Below are positions 1 through 13,090 of a DNA stretch of 64,000 nt, in pieces (positions within the stretch are counted from its first letter, which is position 1; every line of letters begins with the position of its first letter). The position numbers and the translations under genes were made by a program. The notes beneath the pieces were generated by a model. The model searched no databases. It was not told the DNA's origin and was given only the letters and a program-made list of their open reading frames with translations. This DNA is from Paraspadella gotoi (taxonomy: Eukaryota > Animalia > Chaetognatha), in the NCBI GenBank assembly GCA_051294375.1, contig CM119266.1, positions 13,580,735 through 13,644,734 of the forward strand, given 5' to 3'.

Positions 1-1379
1 TCATACTTTGAAATCTCGCGGCACTAACCTTATTTCTTTTCCTTTACGCAATAACAGGAAAATTTTTTTTGGATTTCCTAAAAAACCTCAGAAAAACAAG
101 AAAGCGTGAGAAAAAGGGATTTTCCCGATTTTTAAATTTTGACCAGCAAATCTACTAAATTACCCCTTTTATAACAAATCAGCTTATGTTTGGAGAAAAA
201 TTTAAAAACCACTCATTTCAAGACTACGACGCTCTCAAACCTGACATTGGCTAATTTAATTGTCATCTAACTTTGAACGCGTGCGCTTAATATCATCCAA
301 CCCGGTTCCATTTACAAACCGATTTTTTTCTCCCTGAATCTCTCCGCTCGGCTCAGTTTCTATTTGCGCTGTTATCCATCGTCTCTCGTTCCTCGACTCT
401 TCTTTCTCTTTACACTTTAGGCTGCCCCCGTCGCCACCCCCCCCCTCTCCCCCCACCAACCCGCGTTCCTGCTTCGCCTTGTGTCGCCGAGAATCGCAGT
501 AAATTGAAGCAGAGAAAAAAAATCTGCGTCCGAAGGGAAGCGTCTCTCTCTCTTTTTTCCCCGGATTTATCCCCGAAGACCCTAAGAAGAAAATCGTTGA
601 ACTGAAAAAAGAGAGAGAGAGAAAAAAGAAAAAAAACCTCGGAACACGAAATTCCTCATCGAATCTTTAAATTCGGCGGATGTTCTTCAGCCACTCGAAT
701 TTTTTTTTTTCGAGAAAATCATCGGCTGCCCTTTCTACCGCTGTAAAATTACAAGGCAGTAGCAGTAACAAAAATATCGCCGTCATCTGACGAAGAAATT
801 TGCCGTAACTCGCGCGTCAACGTCAAAAAACCAAGGACGACCGCAGGGCGGCGACTTCGTCTGCAGGAGTCGCAGTTTGGTTTTCCCGCGAAAATTCGAA
901 TCCATCTGAGATTTGGCCGCCAACGAAAATAAGAGTTGAAAAACTAAAGTTTGGCAACTCACTCGGATCGAAATTTATTCATAAAAATCTATGTACATAA
1001 TAAGCGCGATAAAAAAAAAAAAAACAACTAATTGGACCCGAGTTAATGACCAGAATCCCAGCAGTTTTTAGATTGAGTGTCACTAGACTCAATCGCGCAA
1101 AGTCGGTTTTATCCACATTTCCCCATGCTCCACCGATGATAAAGCATCTCGTCTCTTTCCGCTATCCGCTTTTTTTTTTCGCTTCATAAATCGACCATTA
1201 ACTCTATTTTAAACTGTTTGAACTTTTTAATGAACGATTTTTAATCGAAATATAAACTGGGAGACTCTTTCGCGATTTTTTTCATCGCTTTCCCCGCCGA
1301 GCAGTAAGCGTGGGGTGAATTGTGAAATTCAACTAATAAATTAAGTTAAATTTCCTCGATCCAATCAAAACATCTATAC

Positions 1380-1713
1380 ATGAGTGAAATGGAAGAATCG
1401 AGTCCGACTCACTCTGTCGACTCGGCCAAGCTGGAAAGGCTCGTCCTCGACGAAGACGAGGAAAATCTTCGTCGGAGTCGCGATCCGATCAAGTCAAAGG
1501 CGTCGGCGACGTCGGTGAATGGCGCAGGGTCCGACCACGCTGTCGACGACGCCGCGCCGGATGCGCCGGCCGTCATTCCGGTAACCGGAGTCGCGATCGA
1601 CGATCATTTCGTTCTTCCGACGCCGGCCGGCGTTTTTTCGACAAACGCCGGTTTCGTTCCGACGTGGTCGTCGAACGGGACGTCGACGCCGGTGCTGATC
1701 GTCGTGGAGATGG
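1380..1713 (+). CDS. Gene A (MARVEL-domain protein), N-terminal coding exon (MSEMEESSPTHSVDSAKLERLVLDEDEE...VLIVVEMG)
   Basis: GC3-rich open frame across the whole GC island. Donor G|GTGAGG at 1714 is phase 1 and joins in frame to the phase-1 acceptor at 4951. The inverted copy shows an upstream acceptor (ccattag|actttacATG). Confidence 0.6.
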
Positions 1714-1731
1714 GTGAGGTTTAGCGGTAGT

Positions 1732-1836
<105 letters not shown>

Positions 1837-2298
1837 CCAGGCGCCCACTCCATCTCTATTTGTTTATCGCTCCATTCTCCTCGTTTTTCCTCCCTATCTG
1901 TTTTCTCCATTATTTCCAACGACCATAATTTGTTAGTCTTAAGAGAAAAACTCGCTCTTTTGGTTTTCGCGGAATTTTTGGGCCCACTTTCTCTCTTTTT
2001 TTCTTTCTTTTCTTTCTTTATTTCTTTCTTTTCTTTATTTCTATCTTTCTTTCTTTATTTCTTTCTTGCTTTTTTTATCTCTTTCTTTTCAACTTTCCCC
2101 AATTTTCTATTCCCGGCGCAGAACATTTCACGCCCACCATTCGAGGATGGGGTGATTTAAACCGTCACTTGGAATCGTATTTTTAAAAGAGCAGTTGTTG
2201 TTCTTGTTGTCATTTTTGCTGTAAACTATTGGAATGTGAGTTTGTACCCGAAAAGAATTTCCACNNNNNNNNNNNNNNNNNNNNNNNNNAGAGACAGA

Positions 2299-2382
<84 letters not shown>

Positions 2383-2861
2383 ATAAAATTCAAGAGACTG
2401 GAGACAGACGATAGTGAAATTCTTTTCGGGTACAAACTCACATTCCAATAGTTTACAGCAAAAATGACAACAAGAACAACAACTGCTCTTTTAAAAATAC
2501 GATTCCAAGTGACGGTTTAAATCACCCCATCTCGAATGGTGGGCGTGAAATTTCTGCGCCGAATAGAAAATTGGGGAAAGTTGAAAAGAAAGAGATAAAA
2601 AAAGCAAGAAAGAAATAAAGAAAGAAAGATTAGAAATAAAGAAAAGAAAAAGAAATAAAGAAAAAAGAAAAGAAAAAAAAAAAAAGAAAAAAAAGAGAGA
2701 AAGTGGGCCCAAAAATTCCGCGAAAACCAAAAGAGCGAGTTTTTCCTTAAACGATAACAAATTATGGTCGTTGGAAATAAATGGAGAAAACAGATAGGGA
2801 GGAAAAACGAGGAGAATGGAGCGATAAACAAAATAGAGATGGAGTGGGCGCCAATGGAAAA

Positions 2862-2892
<31 letters not shown>

Positions 2893-2952
2893 GAGAGAGA
2901 AGAGAGAGAGAGAGAGAGAGAAGAGAGAGAGTCGACTACCGCTAAACCTCAC

Positions 2953-3290
2953 CCATCTCCACGACGATCAGCACCGGCGTCGACGTCCCGTTCGACGCCC
3001 ACGTCGGGAACGAAACCGGCGTTTTGTCGAAAAAACGCCGGCCGGCGTCGGAAAGAACGAAATGATCGTCGATCGCGACTCCGGTTACCGGAATGACGGC
3101 CGCGCATCCGGCGCGGCGTCGTCGACAGCGTGGTCGGACCCTGCGCCATTCACCGACGTCGCCGACGCCTTTGACTTGATCGGATCGCGACTCCGACGAA
3201 GATTTTCCTCGTCTTCGTCGAGGACGAGCCTTTCCAGCTTGGCCGAGTCGACAGAGTGAGTCGGATCGATTCTTCCATTTCACTCATGTA
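2953..3290 (-). other. Inverted duplicate of gene A exon 1380-1713, with indels
   Basis: Reverse complement of 1380-1713 with 1-nt indels that break the frame; part of the 743-3908 palindrome. Confidence 0.7.
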
Positions 3291-4950
3291 AAGTCTAATG
3301 GATAGATTTTTTGATTGGATTGAATTTATTATTGAATTTCCACATTCACCCCACGCTCACTGCTCGGCAGGGAAAGCGATGAAAAAATTCGCGAAAGAGT
3401 CTCCCAGTTATATTTCGATTAAAAATCGTTCATTAAAAAGTTCAAACAGTTTAAAATAGAGTTAATGGTCGATTTATGAAGCGAAAAAAAAAAAGCGGAT
3501 AGCGGAAAGAGACGAGATGCTTTATCATCGGTGGAGCATGGGGAAATGTGGATAAAACCGACTTTGCGCGATTGAGTCTAGTGACACTCAATCTAAAAAC
3601 TGCTGGGATTCTGGTCATTAACTCGGGTCCAATTAGTTGTTTTTTTTTTTTTATCGCGCTTATTATGTACATAGATTTTTATGAATAAAATTTTCGATCC
3701 GAGTGAGTTGCCAAACTTATTTTTCGTTGGCGGCCAAATCTCAGATGGATTCGAATTTTCGCGGGAAAACCAAACTGCGACTCCTGCAGACGAAGTCGCC
3801 GCCCTCGCGGTCGTCCTTGTTTTTTGACGTTGACGCGCGAGTTACGGCAAATTTTCTCGTACAGATGACGGCGATATTTTTGTTACTGCTACTGCCTTGT
3901 AATTTTACCACTCCGCACTCCACTCTGAAATTCCTATGGGGTCTTCGAGTTTCTTTCTATTGCGAGAAATTTCTCCGTGTTTTCAAGAAGAAAATACCGA
4001 CAACACCTGCTCACAAAAGAATCCTCTTTTTTCCCGGCAGAGGCGCGCAATTCCTTTTCCCACTTGTCTAAGATCAAAATCGTAACTCGACGCCGGCCGG
4101 TGGTGTCGCTGCCGACGGCTCTCGCTCAAAGTATTAGAGTCGGTAGCATGTGGTACTCTTGTTATTAAATTAGAATTAACAATTTTGTTTTTTCGCGCAA
4201 GCATGGATTAGCTGAAGAGATGCTTTTAAGACTGTCATTTTCGGAAAGATTTTTATTCGAAGGCTACTCATATTGAATCGTACTTAGTTTTAAGTTTTGA
4301 AGCATCAATTAATTCAATAAATTCCATAATTTTATAGCCAATCAATTATTTCATTCCAGACCGAATTTCCCCATAAGAAATCGTTTGTTTTATTCCCTTT
4401 AAAAGCTCTTCGACTTCCACGCAAGCGCAAAGTGATTGACGTCACTTCAACCTTGCGATTCATTTAAAACCCGCGTCATGTATTCGTTATTCCGCAGCCG
4501 GCCGGAAGTCGGGCGAGATGGCGTCAGAGACGTCGTTGGCAACGGTGACGTCAGAGGCGGGGACGCGAAAGACGGAGGCAGGGAGAGGACGAGATTGAGA
4601 GGTGAGAGGTTGGGTGAGGTCGGGTGAGGTACAACGAGCTTGGCGGATTAGGCGGGAGAGACGCGATTAGAAAACGTGTTTATTTACATTAATCGATTCG
4701 CATCAGCGAATCAAACTCATTTGCATATTACGGATAATTTATGCCTTGAGGTAGAAGAGAATTGCGAAGGAGGTGACTATATTTACCTTCTTGCATTAAA
4801 CAAAAATATATAATAACTGATAATGTGTGTCAAAATGCCAAAATGAGATACTATATATAAGTGTTTTAACCAATTATTCGCATCAATCCATTAATCAAGT
4901 TCAAAAAATAAATAAATCAATCAATCAATCGATATTCAATCCGAACTTAG

Positions 4951-5138
4951 GCTTTGTGGATCGCGCCGCCGCCGTCCGTCATTCGTTGAGGAGCAAATCG
5001 AAGCGGGAGCCGAGACCGGAAACGGAATCGCAACCGGATGTTGAATCGAAACCGGAACCGAAACCGGAAGCAGCGCCGCTCGAAATCGACCTCGCTTATC
5101 TCCAGAGCGCCCCCGCCGCCGTTAAGATGGCGCAAGTG
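4951..5138 (+). CDS. Gene A exon ending in the start of the MARVEL domain (…LEIDLAYLQSAPAAVKMAQV)
   Basis: cttag| acceptor and |gtgagt donor; 188 nt, phase 1 to 0. YLQSAPAAVKMAQV resembles the MARVEL N-terminal motif (Y/F)LxSxPGxLKxxxx of CMTM/plasmolipin/MAL proteins. Confidence 0.75.
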
Positions 5139-6259
5139 GTGAGTCAACAAAAAAATACCCGAACGCGATTAAAACCAGAGGGCGGAAGAGATGAAAAGAG
5201 GGAAAAAAGTCAAACGTGGCTCTTTTATCTTCGCCCCCTTTTTCGCGACCTCGATTGAGTCTCGTCGCTTCCCATTTGTTCTCTTTTGTTTCTCGAATTG
5301 AATTCGAAGGAAGAATATTCGTGCCGTCGTTGTTGTTGTTTTTGTCGTTGTTGTTGTCGCCTCGTTGTCGTCAACGGCGTCGACATTTTTTTTCTTTTTT
5401 GATTGGCAGCCATTCGGATATTTTTTTCCCGCGAATTGATTTCGTCCTTTGGATTTCGTTCCCTGGGGTATTTGTCCGATTTAATGAATTTAATCAGATT
5501 TTATTATATGAAAGAAAAAGAAAAGAAAGAGCGAAATAATGAGGGGAATTTATGATGAGAGAAAATAAGAAAGAAAAAAAAAAGATTAAGCGAAAATAGA
5601 AATAAAACAAGCCAATGAAAGTGATAATAATAAAACTTTCAACTGAAAAGGAAGGAAGAAATCTCAAAACAATTTCTGTTTGTTCTCTTTGAAGAATAGA
5701 TCGAGAAAAGGGTTTTAAAAAATGCTACGTATTCTGGGAACGATCGACACGGATATCTTTTCCTTTTTCCCACACATCGAGACGCCATCGGCCTAGAATG
5801 CTTATCACCGTTTCACAACTTCTCGTCTTCCCCTTTTTCTTTTTAAAAAAAAATTTCTTTTTTTAAAGAAAAAGAGAAAGAAAATCTCCGCATTTCTCCG
5901 AGTAATCATTCGCATTTAAATTCCGGCGACGCAAAAACCCGCACCGCCTGGGTTTGCGGTCGTCGTCTGGTATGTTGTTGTTGTTATCCTTTTTTTGTCG
6001 TTGTCGTTGTCGACGTCGCCGAAACGGCTTCACTTCACCCTCCGTTTCAAAGCGTCAAACATCCTTCTCGTCGTCTCAACTTTCACAACTTTTTTTCTTT
6101 AACTTTCTTCTCTCGAAGCCTCAAATTTTTTCTCGATCTTCCAACTCGAAATGGCAGTTGATTCCCTCTCAGCGTCAGCCGTTGCTTCTCTCGGTTTTTA
6201 ATGTTTCGCTTATTTTAAAAACTTCATCACATATTTTTTTCAGGTTTTTTTTCTTTTTC

Positions 6260-6265
6260 TTTCTC

Positions 6266-6345
<80 letters not shown>
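6260..6345 (+). repeat. (TTTC)n microsatellite; similar tracts at ~48870-49000, ~53750-53860 and ~55430-55550
   Basis: Direct reading. Confidence 0.9.
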
Positions 6346-6350
<5 letters not shown>

Positions 6351-6427
6351 TATCCTTTCTATTTTCGCACTTCCTTTGAGGTTACTTATCTTTCTGCTTC
6401 GTTTGCCTCAAACGAGAGAGAGATAAG

Positions 6428-7440
<1,013 letters not shown>

Positions 7441-8957
7441 GAGAGAGAGAAGAGAGACGAGATGAGAGAAGAGATGGAAGAGAGAAGAGGATGTGACGCG
7501 CTGCGAAATAATTCGTAGGCACCGCGACGTAAGTCGGACAATAAAATATAGCCTTCTCACGTTTCTCGCGGTCTGTTAGTTTAGTGCATGCTCACTTGTT
7601 TTTGTTTCATTCTTCAGGCGAAGAATGGTGTGGAGGGGAAGAGAGAGAGTCCCGATAGAGTGTCAGGCACGGAGAGATCGATCCGGGAACGGCTCAGCAG
7701 GAAGCGATCGCAGGTAATAACTTTCGCTGTTTATATGACGGTGAGACGCACCGAGTACCCGAAAGGCAAAACCCGGAAGTCGGTAAGGTTTCATTTGCCA
7801 ACTTCAGAGAATTGAAAAAAAAAGATAAAAAGGAAAATAAAAAAACGCAGACGGAATAACGAAAAGATAAATAAGGAAAAGCAAAAAGAGGACAAAGGTA
7901 TCATGAAAGTCAAATCTCTAATGGACAGATTAGATATAATTAATTCACCTTCGTAATACACCTGAGTTTTCTTCCACATCTCCTTAAAGGAAATACTTGG
8001 AACTGAAGTGACTTCGATCGAGTACGACGGGGATTCGTCGTCTTAGTCGTCGTCGCCCACTTCGTCTTCGTCGTCTTGAGGCTGAGGACGAAGATTCGTG
8101 TCTTCGTTGAGGAACTTCACTTCTTTCTCTTGGTTAGGGATTGGGGGGGGGGAAGAGGATAGGGGGCGTGGCGGGAAGAAGGTATTACTCGAAGGTGAGG
8201 GTGGGCGGGAGAGATGGGTTCGGGTCATGATGACCGGCGAGAATTAGGCGAGAATCTCGTTAAACGAATCGTTTCGGAAGAAAGTCGTGTTCAAGATAAA
8301 ATGGAGAGAAAAAAAATACAGACGATTTTCGGCGTCAATGCGTCGCAACGACTGAACTAAAAATAGAATAATATAAACCTCTATATTTCTTTTTTGAACC
8401 TGCAAGTTTTTCTTTATCAAGTATTTTCCAAATTTCCGTTCGCAAACAGGAGGGAATTTTGACATTGGATAAAAAGAAAAAAACCAATAAAAGCCGACGC
8501 TTAGATATTTGTTGGGTTTTGTGATTATCAGGGTGTAGACTGTGGAGTGGGTGTTGCCAGTTTCATCCTTTAGCTTTTCTCCAACCTCCCCCCTCTCACC
8601 CGATCAGAGCGAGAAAAAAGGGGTTCGTCATCGTAAATCTACTCGGTTATGGGCGTCACGATGATGTTTTGTCCCTCCCCAATCTTTATTTTATGGACGA
8701 GAACGGGTCTCGTCAATTTCGGAGGAGCGAGCTCCGTTTCCATCATACGCCCGCGGATGAAAAAAAAAATATATTCCGCCTCCGAAATAAGAGGAAATAT
8801 ATGTATGGCCGACGAAAGGAAAGGGAAAAATAAAGAAGGAAAAAGAAAGCGTAGACTATTCGAAGAAAGAAGAAAAGGGGGGGGAAACGAAATAAAAACA
8901 AATGGCAATCGGATTTGCCGTGAAATCCGCTTTTGAGGGGCGAAGTCGGGTTTAATA

Positions 8958-9479
8958 CAGGGAGGTCTAGCTTTGATGGGGCGAACTTCAAGTGCTTACA
9001 GCACTAAAACTATATATAGAAACGTGGATATTTTTTATTTCGATTTATATTAAAAACGTCTGGAAAATCCAACAGAAACTCCTGTAATTGTTGCTTTTTG
9101 CATAACATGTCATGTTTTTTTCGCGACGTTTCTTTACAAAAAGTTGGGAAATTTTGGTAAAAAATAAGACAAATGAAAATGAATACAGACTTTCGGTCGC
9201 GCAGTTTTTCTGACTGCGCTTCCCCTGAGTAATGAAAATGTAGAATAGAGAAGCAGGATGTCCAAATTATCCAACGTCGACAAAACGAAGTTAGAATCCG
9301 TTGAATCGGGAAACCAATCACAGTCCGCCGTGCAGTGCCTCGGAATCCGTACTTAAGTATATACTTAAATTCAAGGACCAGGTAAAACAAAAGATGTCGC
9401 AAGTAATCGCTAAATAGTTGGCCCTCTTCGAGTCAGCAAGAAGAGCTTAATTTAGTCCCAAAAGAGCTGGACCTCCCTG
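8958..9479. mobile_element. Tc1/mariner-type MITE (~520 bp)
   Basis: TA|CAGGGAGGTCTAGCT… and …AGCTGGACCTCCCTG|TA: imperfect ~25 bp TIRs starting with CAG, TA target duplication and no coding capacity. Confidence 0.8.
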
Positions 9480-10734
9480 TATACTGCGTAGTTTTCTGAT
9501 GAACTTTAACATTTTTTGTTATTATAATGTAGACTGTGTTTCTTTTCTAATTCGAAACGCAATGTCGCAACAATTCTTCAACTCGAAACGAATAGTTTCC
9601 TTAGTATTTGTTTACATTGAACATAAACCCAAAGTATAGGAAAGGCTTTCGCCGCGATTGCAAGCAATTCTTGTTAAAGATGATTTCAAAGGCGTTGATC
9701 GCCGATGCGAAGACGACGAGAATTCCGTCTTAATTCTTTTGTTAATCTCAACGGGAGAGTGAAAAATAAGGGCCGATCTCGCGCGTGGCAAGAGAGAGGG
9801 AAAGATGGAGGGAGAGAGAAACAGATAGAAAAGAAAGAAATATTCCAGATTCCAATTGAAAAACAAAGTAGGGAATACAAAAAAAAATTAAAAAAAAATT
9901 AGGGTAGTTTTCAATATTATGATATGAATATATATTCTGTCATCGTCACCATATTTTAACGTAGCATATTATTTTTTTTTCACATAAATGATGAACAGAG
10001 CAGGTTGTCACAGTAAAAGCAGATTTTTTTTACGCTCATTATCATAATTAAATTATTCTTCATCGTTCTGCATCGTTTACGTTGTCTGCTTGACAATCAG
10101 CCCCTGGAGATTGACATCCAATGCGAAGGAATTGGCGCTTCGTCCATTGTGCCATTTGCGGGATATGTAATTGTTGTATTTTTGTTGTAGTCAATTTCGT
10201 AATTTTAATCTTATTTTATGACTCGGGTTCTTGTAAACTATAATAGAGTCTAATATGTAAATTTTTTTAGATTCACATTTCGTACAACATCCCTTGCCGC
10301 CTTCCGCCACGCCGCCGCGCAACCGTTGCCTCCGAGAGAGAAATGTTATGATAAGACTCGAATTGGCGGCAAAGAAAATATTCTCTGGAAGAAAAGCGAA
10401 AATTGGTTTTCCTTCTGTCGGGATTGGAAGGTGGAAAATGGTAGAGGTGGTGAAGGTGGTTGGCGGTGGTTGTGATGTAGTGAAGTAAAGTATCGGGAAA
10501 TCTCAGCGGAGGAACGAAAATAAAGTTTGAAATTAACGACAAGAAAAAAAATTAGTACGTATTTTATCGGGCGAAGTCTTCCAACTTTGGATTTGAACTT
10601 TTACTTTACTAAAATTTTTTCTCAACGATATCTTTTGTCACTCTCGCCATATTTTTCGTCGAAGTGCTTCTGACTACTGTGACACTAATGATCCTTCGAG
10701 TCTTCAAAACACGAAAGTCAAGATAGTGTGTCGC

Positions 10735-10798
<64 letters not shown>

Positions 10799-11888
10799 TT
10801 GTTATGGGGTTTTTGACCTTGAACTCTTCTATAATTGGCTATTTTTTTTCAATTTCCGGCTGCAAAGAGGAAAAAGGGGAAAACCTCCAGCGAAAAATTA
10901 AAATTCTGTCAGTTTGAAACTAATATAGTTGCTCTTTACCTAATAATTGTTGCAAGACACAAATTTTAATAAATCTGATTATATGGCAATATACATACAC
11001 GGATTTATAAAACGTGCACTCTTTCTCTTCTAAATTAAATATTTAAATAATTAACATAATATAAAGTAAAAACGCTTCAAATAATCGCATTTCTTACCTC
11101 AACTTTAAATATAAAGAATTTCGCTCCGACAGAGGGAGTCCCGTTACCGGAGCTTACCCTTTCCCCCCAAGAGACGAACAACCATCGATCATCTCGTTCC
11201 CGAATCAACCAAGCGCCGCCGCGCCACGTCCCAAGGGTGCGTTCAATCGCTCCAGTTCCTCCCTCCTCTCCTATCGCGTTCACTCGCTCCAGTTCCCCCC
11301 CCCCTCTCGCTGTTCCTCGCTCCCTCTTCTTGGCAGCGGAAACTCTCTTCTCCCTCGGGCAAACGGCGAATCCCAACGTTCGATTCCAACTTTTAAAAAA
11401 ATAAAGGGGAAAAAAATAATAATAGAAAAAAAAAAACGCGCGAGAATAAACATTTAATAAACGACGGTTTATTTTCCAAGTTTATGTTCCCCACCGAAAG
11501 AAAGAAAAAAAACCCGTGGATGTTTGCGACGCTTAAACAGAGAGAGAGAGAGAGAGAGAGAGAAACCGACGCCGGCGTCACGGAACGGCGTTGAAAGTTG
11601 ACTCGGCATCGCCTTTCGCGTCGGCGCCGCCTCGCGCTAGGCTGCGGCGTTGCCGCCTTCCGCAACGACGTTACCTTTAGCACCGACTCGATCTTTCGCT
11701 CCGCCAGCAACCCAATGGGTGCTGTTCTCTCGGTTTGGTTTGTCAAATACTCTATTTAGTTATATTTATTTCTTTTTTTTGGCGTCAAATCCTCATGTTT
11801 TTATTTTAATATGATGCATTTACTTTCTTTCCTCGCCCCACCAGATCACTCTCTAGACATTGGGGGCTAGCGTTATTAAGTATAGTCA

Positions 11889-12110
11889 TGTGGATAAGGC
11901 GCTAAGTGGGCTGAAGATCCGAAACTTCTTTAACCCCTCCAGCTGCCTTGGAACGGGTCCTGGGCTTGGAACCAGGCTTAAGGCTTTTTCCAGGCCCCCA
12001 AGGCGGTTTACGGCCGTCCTAACGCTTCCCGCAGGATAGGTACCATTGGGGATCGAATCCGGTACCTAATGGTCATGAGCTGATGGTGTTACTCAATGAG
12101 CCAAAGTCTG
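11889..12110 (-). mobile_element. tRNA-derived SINE-like element
   Basis: The minus strand has an A-box-like TGGCTCATTGAG and a B-box-like GGATTCGATCCC. The body that follows (GGGAAGCG…GGACGGCCGTAA.CCGCCTTGGGGGC…CTTCAGCCCAC.TAGCGCCTTATCCACA) recurs at 61877-62017. Confidence 0.65.
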
Positions 12111-12589
12111 GAGGTGACATGCTTAAGCTTATAGGCAGGGTAAACATATGGCAATGCCCGACTACAGACACTTGCCAAGTCGTCAAGCTGAAAGCCTGAA
12201 AAATTATCATTTTATTGGACATCTCAGTCTCCCAACGACACTTTACGCTCTTGCGTCACTTTTACCCCGGCGTCACCTTTCGCTCCAGCGTCAGTTTACG
12301 CTTTGGCGTCGCCCCGAAGTTTTCACTCTCATAGTATGAGCGCCGGGGTTTCCTTCTTCCATCGAAAAAAAAATTGCGTCGAATTCGAAATGAAAAACGT
12401 GAGGAAAACTCGTTTTGTCTTTTCTAGTTTCGATGGTTTCGTCGCCGAGTCACGTTTCCATGGGGACGGGAACGCGATTTTTCGGTAAATAAACACGAGT
12501 TTCGGCGTTAAAGATAAAGAACCGGCATTAATGTTGAAAATCAGATGAGTGTGATAGGAAATACATAAACTCGTTCGACGAAGTTAGTT

Positions 12590-12592
12590 AGT

Positions 12593-12651
<59 letters not shown>

Positions 12652-12697
12652 TATTTATTCCTTCTTTTTTTACATTTTTTATTTAATTAATTAATTA

Positions 12698-12728
<31 letters not shown>

Positions 12729-12745
12729 TTTATTTATTTATTTTT
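12590..12745 (+). repeat. (ATTT)n microsatellite
   Basis: Direct reading. Confidence 0.9.
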
Positions 12746-12911
12746 TAAAAAATTCTTATTTATCCTTTTAATACAAAATACCTAGTTTTGTTTGATATTA
12801 TTGTATGTACTGAATCAACCTATATGTATAGTAAATACTATATAGTATATTGTATATAGTATAGTATGTTGAGGTTTTATAGCCCTAAAATGTTCTGTAA
12901 ATCCTGATTGT

Positions 12912-13090
12912 GTTGCGGGAGCCGTGGGTGGTGGACTGATAGACGGCTCGTCGGCTCTCGGTGGCTTAAGTTTTTATTCTCGGAATTCCACAGTCATAAA
13001 AAACTCCGGATTTTTTTTCCTTCGCAATTCTGCTCCTCCTTTTTTTTCAATTTTTATTTTAATCCTTACGCCTCTTAAGTTCTCATATAA
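12912..13090 (+). CDS. Probable gene A TM1-TM2 exon, corrupted by sequence errors (VAGAVGGGLIDGSSALGGLSFY…FAILLLLFF)
   Basis: GC-richer island in AT-rich DNA. Hydrophobic segments fall in shifting frames, at the position expected between the 5138 donor and the TM3 exon. Splice sites are not clean and the boundaries are approximate. Confidence 0.35.

Noticed and set aside
1413-1576. Minus-strand alternative reading (MTAGASGAASSTAW…AESTE|gtgagt) of the first exon
   Set aside because: It is a shadow of the + frame. The + frame is open across the whole GC island and phase-matches the 4951 exon.
12030-12110. Functional tRNA gene
   Set aside because: The boxes are degenerate, no convincing cloverleaf is visible, and it runs directly into a dispersed repeat body, so it is treated as a SINE head.
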